From: Poseidonia sp.
GTDB lineage: Archaea > Thermoplasmatota > Poseidoniia > Poseidoniales > Poseidoniaceae
Reading direction: 5' to 3'
Assembly: GCA_038124565.1 (NCBI GenBank)
Contig: JAYPCE010000003.1
Span: 5,910 to 69,909, forward strand
Length of the DNA: 64,000 nucleotides
The notes beneath the pieces are model-generated. The model saw only the letters and a list, made by a program, of their open reading frames with translations, searched no databases and had not been told where the DNA came from. The position numbers and the translations under genes are program-made. Of this stretch, positions 17,585 through 27,200 are shown piece after piece. Position 1 is the stretch's first letter. Every line of letters starts with the position of its first letter.

Positions 17585-18619
17585 ATGAGTGATTCATCCC
17601 GCCGGAACCGAGGCTCCCATAATGGGCGTCGGTCAGGGCGAAGGTACGGGGGGCCGAAGCGCTCGACGCTGGAGGAGCGCTCGGCATCAGAAGTACGCCG
17701 TATGGAGGGAAAGGCTGAGCGGCGGTTTGATGCTCGCCCGCGGCCGATGGCCATTCCACATGACCATGAAGATCCGCAGACATTCCATCTTGAATGGGCG
17801 GTCAGCCCGGTACCGTTGAAAACCGAAGAGAACGTGGCCGAGTGGGTTGTTAAACGCGGTGAATACGGTTGGTTGACCGATGAACGGGTGGACGACATCG
17901 CCGACCGCGTGCGTGGCGAATCCATGACCCTCGAACAAGCCTTGTCCCTTCGTTCAGCCTTGCTACAACAAAAAACGGTGTACTCGCACCACCGTTTGAA
18001 GTCCCTCGGCAAAGAACTTGCTCGCAAATACCGAGCGGGGACCTCCGTTCTGGAACTTTCCAACGAATACGACTTTTCGCCGATGAACCTGTTCCGTGTC
18101 ATCTTGGAATCCATGGGTTGGTCAAAGACCAAAATCAAGGAAAGCCTTCGAAACCCGACGTCGATGAAAGAACGCGAACTTCGTGAGTTTGAAGCCGCTG
18201 AAGCAGCCGACCGCGTGGCCAGTGTGGACCAGTCAGAAACGCAAGTTAAAGCGGATTTATTTGAAGACATACTCGCTGATTGGTTCCTTGACCAAGGCAT
18301 TCGTCTACGCCGGCAACCCGAGATGGTCAAGGAGCAATCCGAAGCCTTGGGAAGACCCGTCCGTACGCCCGACCTCCTGTTTTTGGACCATGTGTACATC
18401 AATGGCCATCCGGTTGCTTGGATTGATGCCAAGCATTTCTATGGTGCAGATGTTGACTTTCAACGCAAGAAAATGAAGAAACAAATGAATCGTTACATCG
18501 AGGAATGGGGCAGCGGTGCCATTATGTTCCGACATGGTTTTTGCGAGAATTTGTTTTTACCAGGTGTTCAAATGCTTGACTCGGGCCCCATTGACCTTTC
18601 AAAACTCAACGAGGACTGA
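17585..18619 (+). CDS. CDIN1/C15orf41-like protein (TPD-motif family): N-terminal HTH-like region and C-terminal PD-(D/E)xK nuclease-like domain; start uncertain
   Basis: Signature VRTPDLLFLDHVYINGHPVAWIDAKHFYG, i.e. TPD motif providing the PD followed by I-D-A-K as (D/E)xK, at the position expected for the C15orf41 family. Basic N-terminus. The opposite-strand ORF 17542..18432 is low-complexity R/S-rich and rejected. Confidence 0.55.
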   Translation: MSDSSRRNRGSHNGRRSGRRYGGPKRSTLEERSASEVRRMEGKAERRFDARPRPMAIPHDHEDPQTFHLEWAVSPVPLKTEENVAEWVVKRGEYGWLTDERVDDIADRVRGESMTLEQALSLRSALLQQKTVYSHHRLKSLGKELARKYRAGTSVLELSNEYDFSPMNLFRVILESMGWSKTKIKESLRNPTSMKERELREFEAAEAADRVASVDQSETQVKADLFEDILADWFLDQGIRLRRQPEMVKEQSEALGRPVRTPDLLFLDHVYINGHPVAWIDAKHFYGADVDFQRKKMKKQMNRYIEEWGSGAIMFRHGFCENLFLPGVQMLDSGPIDLSKLNED

Positions 18620-19640
18620 TGTCAGCAATCGCCGTGAGCAAGGTGCTCAACCCGCGTTCCTGGATGTGTTCGGCTAAGCGCAACAAGTCTTGTTCATCGG
18701 CAGGTTGGTGAAGACGGCGGGGAAGAATGGCCACTGAACTCCCTAGCATACACAGCCGGACGGCCACCAAGGCTTGCAACCCAGCATCTTGCACCGCTTC
18801 CAACGCGGCATGGTACACCCGTGCGCGAACCGATTCAGATAGCATACCCGAGACATCTGCAAAGGCCCTTGATTGTTCGAGCAACTCAGGCCAACGGGAT
18901 GCATCCCACGCGCCCTTGGCTAGCACCTTGACACCTTGCTCGCCAGCAGCCGTGATCGCTGTCTGCCAGGTGGGGTCATCGATGTAGGTGGAGGTGTGAC
19001 GCTCCTCGTGCGCATCCCATACCAACAACACCGGCGCTTCAACAGCGAAACTCACCGCTTCTCCAGGCCACCCAGGGGCCCCGGGTTGACGTCGTAATTC
19101 CACGCCACCAACCGAAATCCCGAGCACATCGCCTAAACCGGACCCGTGTTCACGTTCAATCCGATGGGCTATTTTCAGATATTGCAATGGGTGGCCTCGC
19201 CCCGTTAACGAATGAATCAAGCGACCGAGCGCCACCAATCCGGCAGCCGACATACCAAATCCTTGGCTTGTCGGGCATTGGAGGGTCACATGGACTTTCA
19301 AGCGTTCGTGATCGCGCAGCAAGGTTGCGTCGTGGCAGGCCTCGATGTAATCAAGGTACAAAGTTGGGTCTTCCATCGCCTGGCCGTGCATGTCCGTGAT
19401 GGTGACGCTTGAGGCCTCATGACCAAGCGCCTCGTTTCTCATGTCGGGTTCTACACCGGCCATGGTATTCAGCGGCATTTTCTCAACGAGGGTGTGCAAG
19501 GTGCCCGAAACATGAACCCCGTGTTGAACGGTAAACCCCACGCCACGGCTCCCTTGACCGCGCTTGAGCCTCGCTGATTTGTCAATGGAAAAGAGGAGGG
19601 TGATGTGACCACCGCAAAGCGCCTCGTCGGTGGATGGCAT
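18606..19640 (-). CDS. GHMP-kinase superfamily protein (COG1829-like; pantoate kinase or beta-RFAP synthase-like)
   Basis: GHMP motif 2 PTSQGFGMSAAGLVALG and N-terminal GHITLLFSI. 344 aa. Specific substrate cannot be assigned from sequence alone. Confidence 0.65.
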   Translation of the reverse strand: MPSTDEALCGGHITLLFSIDKSARLKRGQGSRGVGFTVQHGVHVSGTLHTLVEKMPLNTMAGVEPDMRNEALGHEASSVTITDMHGQAMEDPTLYLDYIEACHDATLLRDHERLKVHVTLQCPTSQGFGMSAAGLVALGRLIHSLTGRGHPLQYLKIAHRIEREHGSGLGDVLGISVGGVELRRQPGAPGWPGEAVSFAVEAPVLLVWDAHEERHTSTYIDDPTWQTAITAAGEQGVKVLAKGAWDASRWPELLEQSRAFADVSGMLSESVRARVYHAALEAVQDAGLQALVAVRLCMLGSSVAILPRRLHQPADEQDLLRLAEHIQERGLSTLLTAIADISPR

Positions 19641-19687
19641 CGTCCCTACCCAGAGCGGTTAGGCTGATGAAGTGTGCTCTAAAGCAT

Positions 19688-20638
19688 TCAAGCAAGCGCT
19701 GATGCGAGGTCTTCGCTTAGGTTGTTGAAGCGCTTGCTCAATTCGTTCAGGGCCATGTTGAAGGCGGTTACGGGGTCGAGGCTGCCATCGGTCTCATAGG
19801 AGAAGACGAAGGCACCGTCAACGGGTTCCATCGTGATGGCATCATCAAAGTCAGCATCACGTCCCGTACCTGGCCCGACTTGGTGAAGGGCTTTCTCAAG
19901 GTCCATGACGTGGTTGATGTTGGTGACTTTCTTGTCCTTGCCGAACAACTTGGCGTCAATAGCAACACCGTCGGTGGTGGTCAACCCGAGGTTGAACAAC
20001 ACCTCTGCCTTCTTTGGCTTGTTCAACACCGCAACGCAGTGAGGTCGGAAGCCGACTGCAGCAACAGGGGACCACTTGGCGTGGTCACGTCCTCGGCCCA
20101 AGACGGCGAAGGCGTAGAATTCAAGGAACTGGCCTTTCGAGAGAACGGTGAGTGGAATCTGCTTGTGCTCGTCACGGATGTCAAAGACCGGGTCGGAAAT
20201 GGTGGTAATGTCACCGGCATAGACGGTTTTGAAGTCTTCATCGGCATCGGCAGAAGGACCACGTGCAGAAAGCGTGTAGAGCACTTGACACATCGGGCAA
20301 CCCTTGTCTTTCTCCACGACATCTCGGCAGTTTTCGCATTCATCAGGGAAGACCAAGCCTTCCTCAAGGTTGGTTGGAATGGGGATCATGGCCAATCGGT
20401 GGGCCAAGACTTCGTCGGGCAGCACATTGACGGATTCAACGACTTCACCCTTGTTGTCTTGCGTCACGCCTTGCGAAAAGTCAACACGGGTGATGGCGAG
20501 TTTTGGGACATCAGCGATGAGTGCACGGCGAATGGCGTTCACTTGCGAAGCATCTGTTTCGCTGATCAGGATTCGGATTTCGTGACCCTGAGGCCAACCT
20601 TCTACAACTTCCGTCTTCATTTTGTTCACCTTCATCAA
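19688..20638 (-). CDS. rpoD: DNA-directed RNA polymerase subunit D (Rpo3)
   Basis: Archaeal RpoD dimerisation region plus 4Fe-4S ferredoxin-like insert CENCRDVVEKDKGCPMCQ. Located after S13-S4-S11 as in all archaea. Confidence 0.95.
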   Translation of the reverse strand: MMKVNKMKTEVVEGWPQGHEIRILISETDASQVNAIRRALIADVPKLAITRVDFSQGVTQDNKGEVVESVNVLPDEVLAHRLAMIPIPTNLEEGLVFPDECENCRDVVEKDKGCPMCQVLYTLSARGPSADADEDFKTVYAGDITTISDPVFDIRDEHKQIPLTVLSKGQFLEFYAFAVLGRGRDHAKWSPVAAVGFRPHCVAVLNKPKKAEVLFNLGLTTTDGVAIDAKLFGKDKKVTNINHVMDLEKALHQVGPGTGRDADFDDAITMEPVDGAFVFSYETDGSLDPVTAFNMALNELSKRFNNLSEDLASALA

Positions 20639-21021
20639 ACGCGGCGTCCACGTCGGCCACCCTTTTTCTTGGTACCGTCGTGAGCGATGGGCGTGACATC
20701 CTCAATTCGAGTGATGGTCATCCCGGCACGGGTCAAGGCTCGGATCGCTGCTTGAGCACCAGGGCCCGTGTTGTTGGAGAGGTTACCGCCTGGGGCGCGA
20801 TATTTTACGACAAGTTGAGTGAATTCCTTGTCCTTCAAAGCGTCTGCCATGCGTTCAGCTGCTCGGGTTGCAGCGAATTGACCGCCTTTGTCCTTACCAG
20901 CCTTCACGACCTCACCGCCGTTGCAGGTGGTGATGGTTTCGGCCCCGGTGAGGTCGGTGGCCGTCATCAGAATGTTGTTGTAGGAGCTGAAGATGTTGAC
21001 AATGGCTTTCCTGGTCATCAC
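20635..21021 (-). CDS. rps11: 30S ribosomal protein S11
   Basis: Full-length match to uS11 (…GGEVVKAGKDKGGQFAATRAAERMA…YRAPGGNLSNNTGPGAQAAIRALTRAGMTI…); overlaps rpoD start by 4 nt. Confidence 0.97.
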   Translation of the reverse strand: MMTRKAIVNIFSSYNNILMTATDLTGAETITTCNGGEVVKAGKDKGGQFAATRAAERMADALKDKEFTQLVVKYRAPGGNLSNNTGPGAQAAIRALTRAGMTITRIEDVTPIAHDGTKKKGGRRGRRV

Positions 21022-21674
21022 TCATCGCCCCCTTCAATTGCTGCCGTTGAGGCTTCTCCTGCTTCGCGAACTTCTTCGGCGAATTCAGGTGTCGCTTCAG
21101 GGTCCACGTTCTCATCGCCGTATTCGGCTTTCTCACGAACGCCTTCAATGGCTTTGCGGATGGCGTGATTCGGGTCGTTCAAGGCTGAGCTTGGATGGTA
21201 GCGCAATTCGGCCTCCTCGTCTTTGCTGACGGCGTAGGACGGAATGGTCACTTTCTGGTCGCCGATGCAGATTTGGCCGTGCGTCACGAGTTGACGGGCC
21301 TGCTTCATCGAGCAAGCCAGACCCTTGTAGTAGACTTGGGCTTGCAGGCGGCGGTTCAGCATGTCTTCGGTGGTCAAAGAAAGGATGTCACCCAACTCAG
21401 CATCGGATGTGATCAATCCTTTGTGGTGAAGAGAGCGTAGCAGGTCTTCCATTTCTCGCTTGCCGTGCCCTTCGGTCGTGTCGACCATACCGATGAGGCG
21501 CATGGCTTGTCGTCGGTGTCGTCGGAGTTGCGACTTGGCCTTCCAAATCTCCTTCATGTTCTTGAGGCCGTGATTTTGCTTAATGGCGTGCTCTTCCTCA
21601 ATTCGGTCAGCCTTCCATGGGTGTGAAGGGGTGTCGTACTTGGGTCGTGAAAACTTTGGTTCTCCCATCTTCAT
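21018..21674 (-). CDS. rps4: 30S ribosomal protein S4 (with acidic C-terminal extension)
   Basis: uS4 N-terminus PKFSRPKYDTPSHPW, S4 RNA-binding domain; overlaps rps11 start by 4 nt. Confidence 0.95.
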   Translation of the reverse strand: MKMGEPKFSRPKYDTPSHPWKADRIEEEHAIKQNHGLKNMKEIWKAKSQLRRHRRQAMRLIGMVDTTEGHGKREMEDLLRSLHHKGLITSDAELGDILSLTTEDMLNRRLQAQVYYKGLACSMKQARQLVTHGQICIGDQKVTIPSYAVSKDEEAELRYHPSSALNDPNHAIRKAIEGVREKAEYGDENVDPEATPEFAEEVREAGEASTAAIEGGDE

Positions 21675-21683
21675 CCCTCCTCA

Positions 21684-22151
21684 TCACTTCTTTCGGCTGA
21701 CACCCAAGGTCAAGCCACCACGGCCGTTGGAGCGACCGCGCTGACCGCGGACTTTGTTGCCTGAAGCGTGTCGGATACCTCGGTAACACTTCATCGTTCG
21801 AAGGCGGTCAATATCGTCCTTGAGGGTGAATTTGACTTGCTGGCCGGTGAGGTGAATCTCAGCGCCCGTTTCCAAATCTCGCTGTCGGTTCAGCATCCAA
21901 AGCGGGGCGTTTTCGGCATAGGACTCAATGGCCTCGCGGAGTTGTTCTTGCTCTTCGGTGGTGAGGAATCCAGCGAGGCGAGCGGGGTCAAATCCTGTGT
22001 TCTTGCAAATTTGGATAGCGGTGCGAGCACCGACGCCTTTGACTGAGGTCAGGGCCGTTGCCAAGGGCTTCAACCCGTCCATGTCCGTATCGGCCATGCG
22101 CAAAATGTATGAAAAATCGTCACCAAGGTCCTCATCCTTCGGTCGTGCCAT
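21684..22151 (-). CDS. rps13: 30S ribosomal protein S13 (ORF track start 22217; ATG 22151 MARPKDED preferred)
   Basis: uS13 sequence …ALTSVKGVGARTAIQICKNTGFDP…GQRGRSNGRGG…; SD-like GGTGA 6-10 nt upstream of 22151. Confidence 0.95.
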   Translation of the reverse strand: MARPKDEDLGDDFSYILRMADTDMDGLKPLATALTSVKGVGARTAIQICKNTGFDPARLAGFLTTEEQEQLREAIESYAENAPLWMLNRQRDLETGAEIHLTGQQVKFTLKDDIDRLRTMKCYRGIRHASGNKVRGQRGRSNGRGGLTLGVSRKK

Positions 22152-22208
22152 CGTCTTCACCTTTACGTTAACACACGCAGTGTCAAGCATCCCTCCGACC
22201 AACCTCCC

Positions 22209-22214
22209 ATATAT
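22209..22214 (-). promoter_or_regulatory. Possible TATA element (atatat) ~60 nt upstream of rps13 ATG; candidate promoter of the rps13-rps4-rps11-rpoD operon
   Basis: Only AT-rich hexamer in the 122-bp gap after the upstream methyltransferase gene. Weak, position-based. Confidence 0.25.
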
Positions 22215-22273
22215 CAAGACCGCGATAAGGACATTCGCGCCACTGAGCCTTGAAACACGGTAAAAATCGCACC

Positions 22274-23542
22274 CTATTGTGGCTCTTCAGATTGAACGAT
22301 GCAGAGCAGGAGAACATTGCCGTTCGGATGTTGGGTGAGAAATCCGTCTCTGTGGCCGTGTCGACGTTGAAGTTGACGGTCAAGTGAGCCTTGCAAGACG
22401 GGTTGCATGGCTGGGTCTAATTCAAGGCGCAGTTTGACGGAGCGAAGGTTGTGTTCAAGGGCATGTTCAACAACGGCGTCGATGGTGTCTTCAGAGAGGT
22501 TCATGGGCAAAAGTTCCACCACCCTTCCGGTGGCTTGGACCAGTCGGTTGTCCTCTTCGTTCAACCGTAGTGCATGGTCGTGGTGCACCTGCGGGCGGCG
22601 TCCCTCAACAAAGGCCCAACGAAATGAACGGTCTTTGGAAACACGCTCCAGCCATGTGGAAACCAACCCGCTTTCGACCAAGGCTGCATCGAGCAGGCTC
22701 ACGAATTCCCCTCGTTGTGGCGGGTGGACGGTGGGCTCAAGGGGGAGGGGCTCGTTGTTTGATGTGATGATGTGTGCAGGCGCACCAAGCGATGGTGGAA
22801 CCCGTACGAAACGGCGCAACTGGTCTTGATCGGCGATGCGACCCAACCACAAGGCCAGGCGGTCAACCCGACCTTGGCCGCGCGAGGTCCACTCCCAAGT
22901 TCGGCCAATGTTCGGCCAAATCTCGTCCACCAAACCCTCCACTTCTTCTCGTTGTTCGGGGGTCAGTCTTGGTGAGAGGTCCAGCAATACGGCTGGTTCA
23001 CCTTCAAAGTAGGGCGACCACGCAGAAAGCACCTCATGCAAGGCCGGTTGCATTTCATCCAGTGCATGGGTCCGACTGTTTCGTGGCCGAGCGGGGTCAA
23101 GGTGGAGCAACGCAACGCGTTGGTCTTCTCCCGCTGCTTCAAGCGCAGCTTTTGCCTGTGTACCGTCGCCTGCAACCAGCGTGCTCTGGATAAACCACGC
23201 CTCCTGTTCACCCCGTTGGTGTTGAGCAACCGTTCTGAGATTCACGGCACTGGCCATCGCCCTCGGCGCGCCCAGTTCGATGCCGAGCACCGGTCGGTGA
23301 AGCACAGAGGCGTACGCAGAGAGTTGAATGCCACTTCCGCATGCACAATCCAAAATCCATCCCCGAGGTAGGGCATGATTCGCCACCATCATCGCTCGCA
23401 GCACGGCAATCTGCCACGGTGTCGCCAAGGGTTTTCCTTCCTCTGCATGATAGAAGCACAGCCCTTCTGGAGCGGTGAGGTCTTGAGTTGGGCTGCCCAT
23501 CCCTTCCATGTCGCTGGCTGTTGGATTGACCACACGGTGCAT
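22274..23542 (-). CDS. Class I SAM-dependent methyltransferase (RNA/tRNA methyltransferase-like)
   Basis: Motif I ILDCACGSGIQ followed by acidic motif-II-like VALLHLDPA; remainder not assignable. Confidence 0.65.
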   Translation of the reverse strand: MHRVVNPTASDMEGMGSPTQDLTAPEGLCFYHAEEGKPLATPWQIAVLRAMMVANHALPRGWILDCACGSGIQLSAYASVLHRPVLGIELGAPRAMASAVNLRTVAQHQRGEQEAWFIQSTLVAGDGTQAKAALEAAGEDQRVALLHLDPARPRNSRTHALDEMQPALHEVLSAWSPYFEGEPAVLLDLSPRLTPEQREEVEGLVDEIWPNIGRTWEWTSRGQGRVDRLALWLGRIADQDQLRRFVRVPPSLGAPAHIITSNNEPLPLEPTVHPPQRGEFVSLLDAALVESGLVSTWLERVSKDRSFRWAFVEGRRPQVHHDHALRLNEEDNRLVQATGRVVELLPMNLSEDTIDAVVEHALEHNLRSVKLRLELDPAMQPVLQGSLDRQLQRRHGHRDGFLTQHPNGNVLLLCIVQSEEPQ

Positions 23543-23551
23543 GCTGAGGCC

Positions 23552-24145
23552 TCACAACGACGTGATATCCGATCGAGTCAGCAAGGATTCAAAGTGGATT
23601 CCTGCCTCAGCAAAGGCTTCCGAAGCCCCTTCTTCTCTGTCGAGTATACTGATAACGCCCACCACGCGACACGAGGTTGTGGCGTGAATTCGCTCAACGG
23701 CAACGATGGATGACCCACCGGTGGTGGTCACGTCTTCCACGATGACCACATCGCCACCACCTTCCAAAGACGAGCCTTCAATGCCTGGAGGGTTGTTGGT
23801 CTTGCGACCTCCCCTGCCTTTCGGCTCCTTGCGAACCATGAACCCTCGCAAGTGGTCAGGGGCTGTGGCCACAACAATGGCGGTCAGTGGCACAGCACCC
23901 AATTCCAAACCGCCCACAAAGCGAGCATCCATGGCTGTGATGCGGAGGTTGAGCAGTTCCCCAAGAATGCGGGCTGCCTCGGGGTGCATCATGACGGGCT
24001 TCGTATCAAAGAACCAGCGAGAGGTGCGGCCGCTTGCGAGCGTAAAGGCTGCATCGTTGCCACCATCAAGGAACGCCAACTCTCGCACGAGTTGGGCCAA
24101 ACGCAACCACTGCGGGTGCGAGCGAACCGAAGCATCAACGCCCAT
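23552..24145 (-). CDS. pyrE: Orotate phosphoribosyltransferase
   Basis: PRPP-binding motif VVIVEDVTTTGGS, OPRTase length and N-terminal region. Confidence 0.9.
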   Translation of the reverse strand: MGVDASVRSHPQWLRLAQLVRELAFLDGGNDAAFTLASGRTSRWFFDTKPVMMHPEAARILGELLNLRITAMDARFVGGLELGAVPLTAIVVATAPDHLRGFMVRKEPKGRGGRKTNNPPGIEGSSLEGGGDVVIVEDVTTTGGSSIVAVERIHATTSCRVVGVISILDREEGASEAFAEAGIHFESLLTRSDITSL

Positions 24146-24251
24146 GGAGTGTTCTCAAGTGCGCATGACATGAACTTTCCTTTAGAAGACCACCATTTCA
24201 TCTCAACAAATCTCACCGTGGTGATGATAAAGGGTCGGCGTCAAGAAAACG

Positions 24252-27200
24252 ATGACTGGCATGCGTGAGGCACCAACATCCAAGCATGCGGTCCAATCAA
24301 ATCCCTTGCTGGGGTTGGATGTAGAGCGTTTGGAACATGAAATGGTACGGTATCATCAATGGCTCGACGAACGTACCGATGAAGCCTACCGCCTTGCAGA
24401 GGAGGCACGTGGCCTCGGTCTTGACCACAAAATGAGGGTTGAAATTCCTCGGGCATCCGATTTAGCGGGGCGTACCGAGAAGTTGTTGATTGAACATCTT
24501 GACGGCTATGAGGTCGCCGACGACATCCGCGAATTGCTCAAGGAAAACGACCGTGAAACCACCTCCATCATCATCGCCCAGTCGGTTGCACGAGGGTTCC
24601 GAGCGAAGGGGTACGACCTTGAGAAATCGATTGACGTTGGTCTACGAGTTGGCTTGGCCGTCTTGACCGAAGCGGTGTTGGTGGCCCCGCTGGAAGGTAT
24701 CAGTGAAGTTCGTTTGCTCAACAATATTGACGGTTCGCAATTTGTCTCCGTCCATTTTGCTGGCCCCATTCGTGCGGCGGGTGGAACGGCACAAGCCCTC
24801 GCCGTGTTAATTGCGGACATGATTCGCAGGGAATTGAACGTCGGACACTATCAGCCCACCGACCCCGAAGTAGAACGGGTGAAGGAAGAGTTTGGATTGT
24901 ACCGCGGCAACCTGCAATATCGACCCAGCCCTCCCGAAATCGATGAAATCGTTCGAGCCTGTCCGGTGATGATCAACGGCGAGTCCACCGAACGCATCGA
25001 ATGTGCAGGCTATGGGAACGTGCGCAATATCGACGAAGCACGTATTCGGGGCGGAGTTCTACTCGTGATTGGAGAAGGAATGTGTTTGAAAGCCCCAAAA
25101 ATCCAAAAGCACACGGAGCGATTGAACCTCCCGGGATGGGAATTTATCACCAAATTTGCTTCCAGAGGGAAGGAGAAAGAGAACAAGGCAGGGGGTGTGT
25201 TCACGAGCCGACAAATCCAGCCGATTACAAAATTCATGGACGACATCATCGCTGGCAGGCCGATGTTTGGCGGTCCACTCCAGCCAGGCGGTTTTCGGCT
25301 ACGTTATGGAAGGGCCCGTCCATCAGGATTGGCCGCAGCCTCGACCAACACGACCTCCATGTTGGCCCTTGATGATTTCATTACCATCGGTACTCAAATG
25401 AAAATTGAACGCCCTGGAAAAGCCTGCGCCATCACTCCATGCGACGAAGCCGAAGGGCCCTGGGTCATTCTTGACGACGGCGCCTTCCTCCGCATTGACC
25501 ACCCACGCCACTATGTGCCGTTGCGTTCGCGCGTGAAGCAGGTGTGGGACAACGGTGAATTGGTGATCGGTTATGGCGAATTTTTAGAGAATAACAAGCG
25601 TCTCGTGCCCTCAGGCTATTGTGTTGATTGGTGGGCCAGCGATGTGCTTGATAGCCTCACATCCCAAGCAGACCTCAATGATTTTCTCGCGATTCTTGGT
25701 GATATGCACGGGCCGGTCCCTGAGGGCACACCCGGTATGGAGCCCGACGAATGCGAAGACCCGAACCAGCAATTTTGGGTTCGTCAAGCATGGCATGCAT
25801 GGTTGCGGGGTTTGCAATTGAATTGGGCCCAGGCCCAACGTACTGCAGAGCGATTTGGCACATCGCTGCCACCACCCAACAACCCTTGGTTCAAAGACCT
25901 CCCAATCGAATGGCTTCCAAGTGTGCTTGACCTTCTGGAACAGGCCACCATTGAAGCCCAAGGCACCACGCTTCATGGCGAGAACAAAGGAATTGAGGGC
26001 GCGCAACCCGCCAACGCCTCCCGGCAACTTCGTTTGACTGGGGCGGTGAAAGGATGGGAGGCTCGGCGCATGGAAGAATTGGAACCTGAGGTTTTGCAGC
26101 CTCATCAGGACGTCAAGATACCAGGGACACCTCATCGTCCTGAACCCTCGGTCTTTCAGGTCACTCCTGTTGAAGGCTGGGCTCTGCAGTTGCACGGCGT
26201 GGCCAAGGCAGCCATGATGCTGCTTGGTCTGCCCCACGTGCATGATGGTGATGATTTGGTTGTCCTCGCCGGTTGGGAGGCCATGCTGGAAGGCTTTGGT
26301 TTTGCATTTGAGGGTGAGAAGCCACTGCGCATCAAAGATGCCGGCAAACTCACGTCTCAACGCTTGAAAGCCTTGCGCGACGCAAAAACCCTCCTGGATG
26401 AAGAGCGAAGTCGAAAAGCGGAGTTGGAACGAGAACGAGCCACCATTCGGATTGCCGCCGAGACGGGGGCACGTCAGCGTGGTTTGGGCATTGCTGAAAC
26501 CGATAAAGTGGGTCGCGAAGCCGCAGCCTCCGTCATCGATGAGGGGCCGAGTGCCCCCGAAGCGTATTTGGCGGCTCAGCGCCTTGAAGATGAGCACGCG
26601 GTTGACGGAATCATGGTGCTCGTGCGCCAGCTGTCCGATTTGAGATGGGAGCACAGTGCCCCGGTACGTGTGGGGTGTCGTATGGGCCGACCGGAGAAAG
26701 CGGCTCCACGAATCATGAATCCAATGGCCCACTCGCTCTTCCCCATTGAGTTGAATGGTGGCAATCAACGCTTGTTGAATAACGCCGCAGAGAAGCACAC
26801 GATTCGGGTGCAATTGGGGAAACGAACGTGCACCGTTTGTGAGCGTTCCAGCCCGTTTTTGCGCTGCCACCACCGAGAACAAGACGCCTTTGGTGAGGGA
26901 AAACAAGGCGAAGTCTGTGGAGGTCGCACGGAAGCAACGGCGAGCGATTCAACCGCTCGCCGACGAGGTGAAATTCAGACGGTTCGCCTTGATGAAATGG
27001 TGGAAGACGCTCGCATACGACTCGGTTTGGACCGCTTGCCTGCGCAAGTCAAGTGCATGAAGAAGTTGACCAGCCGTGACCAAACGCCGGAAGCCATCGA
27101 GAAAGGAATTCTTCGTGCCCGGCATGAATTGCCAGTGTTTCGGGACGGTACGGTGCGCTACGACATGAGCGATGTGCCTGTGACGCATTTCAAACCCAGA

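Noticed and set aside
17542-18432. 296-aa minus-strand ORF overlapping the CDIN1-like gene
   Set aside because: R/S-rich low-complexity translation, while the plus strand carries the TPD/PD-(D/E)xK signature and coherent helices.
19880-21168. Plus-strand ORFs 19880..20683 and 20680..21168 antisense to rpoD/rps11/rps4
   Set aside because: Overlap universally conserved ribosomal/RNAP genes on the other strand; no motifs.
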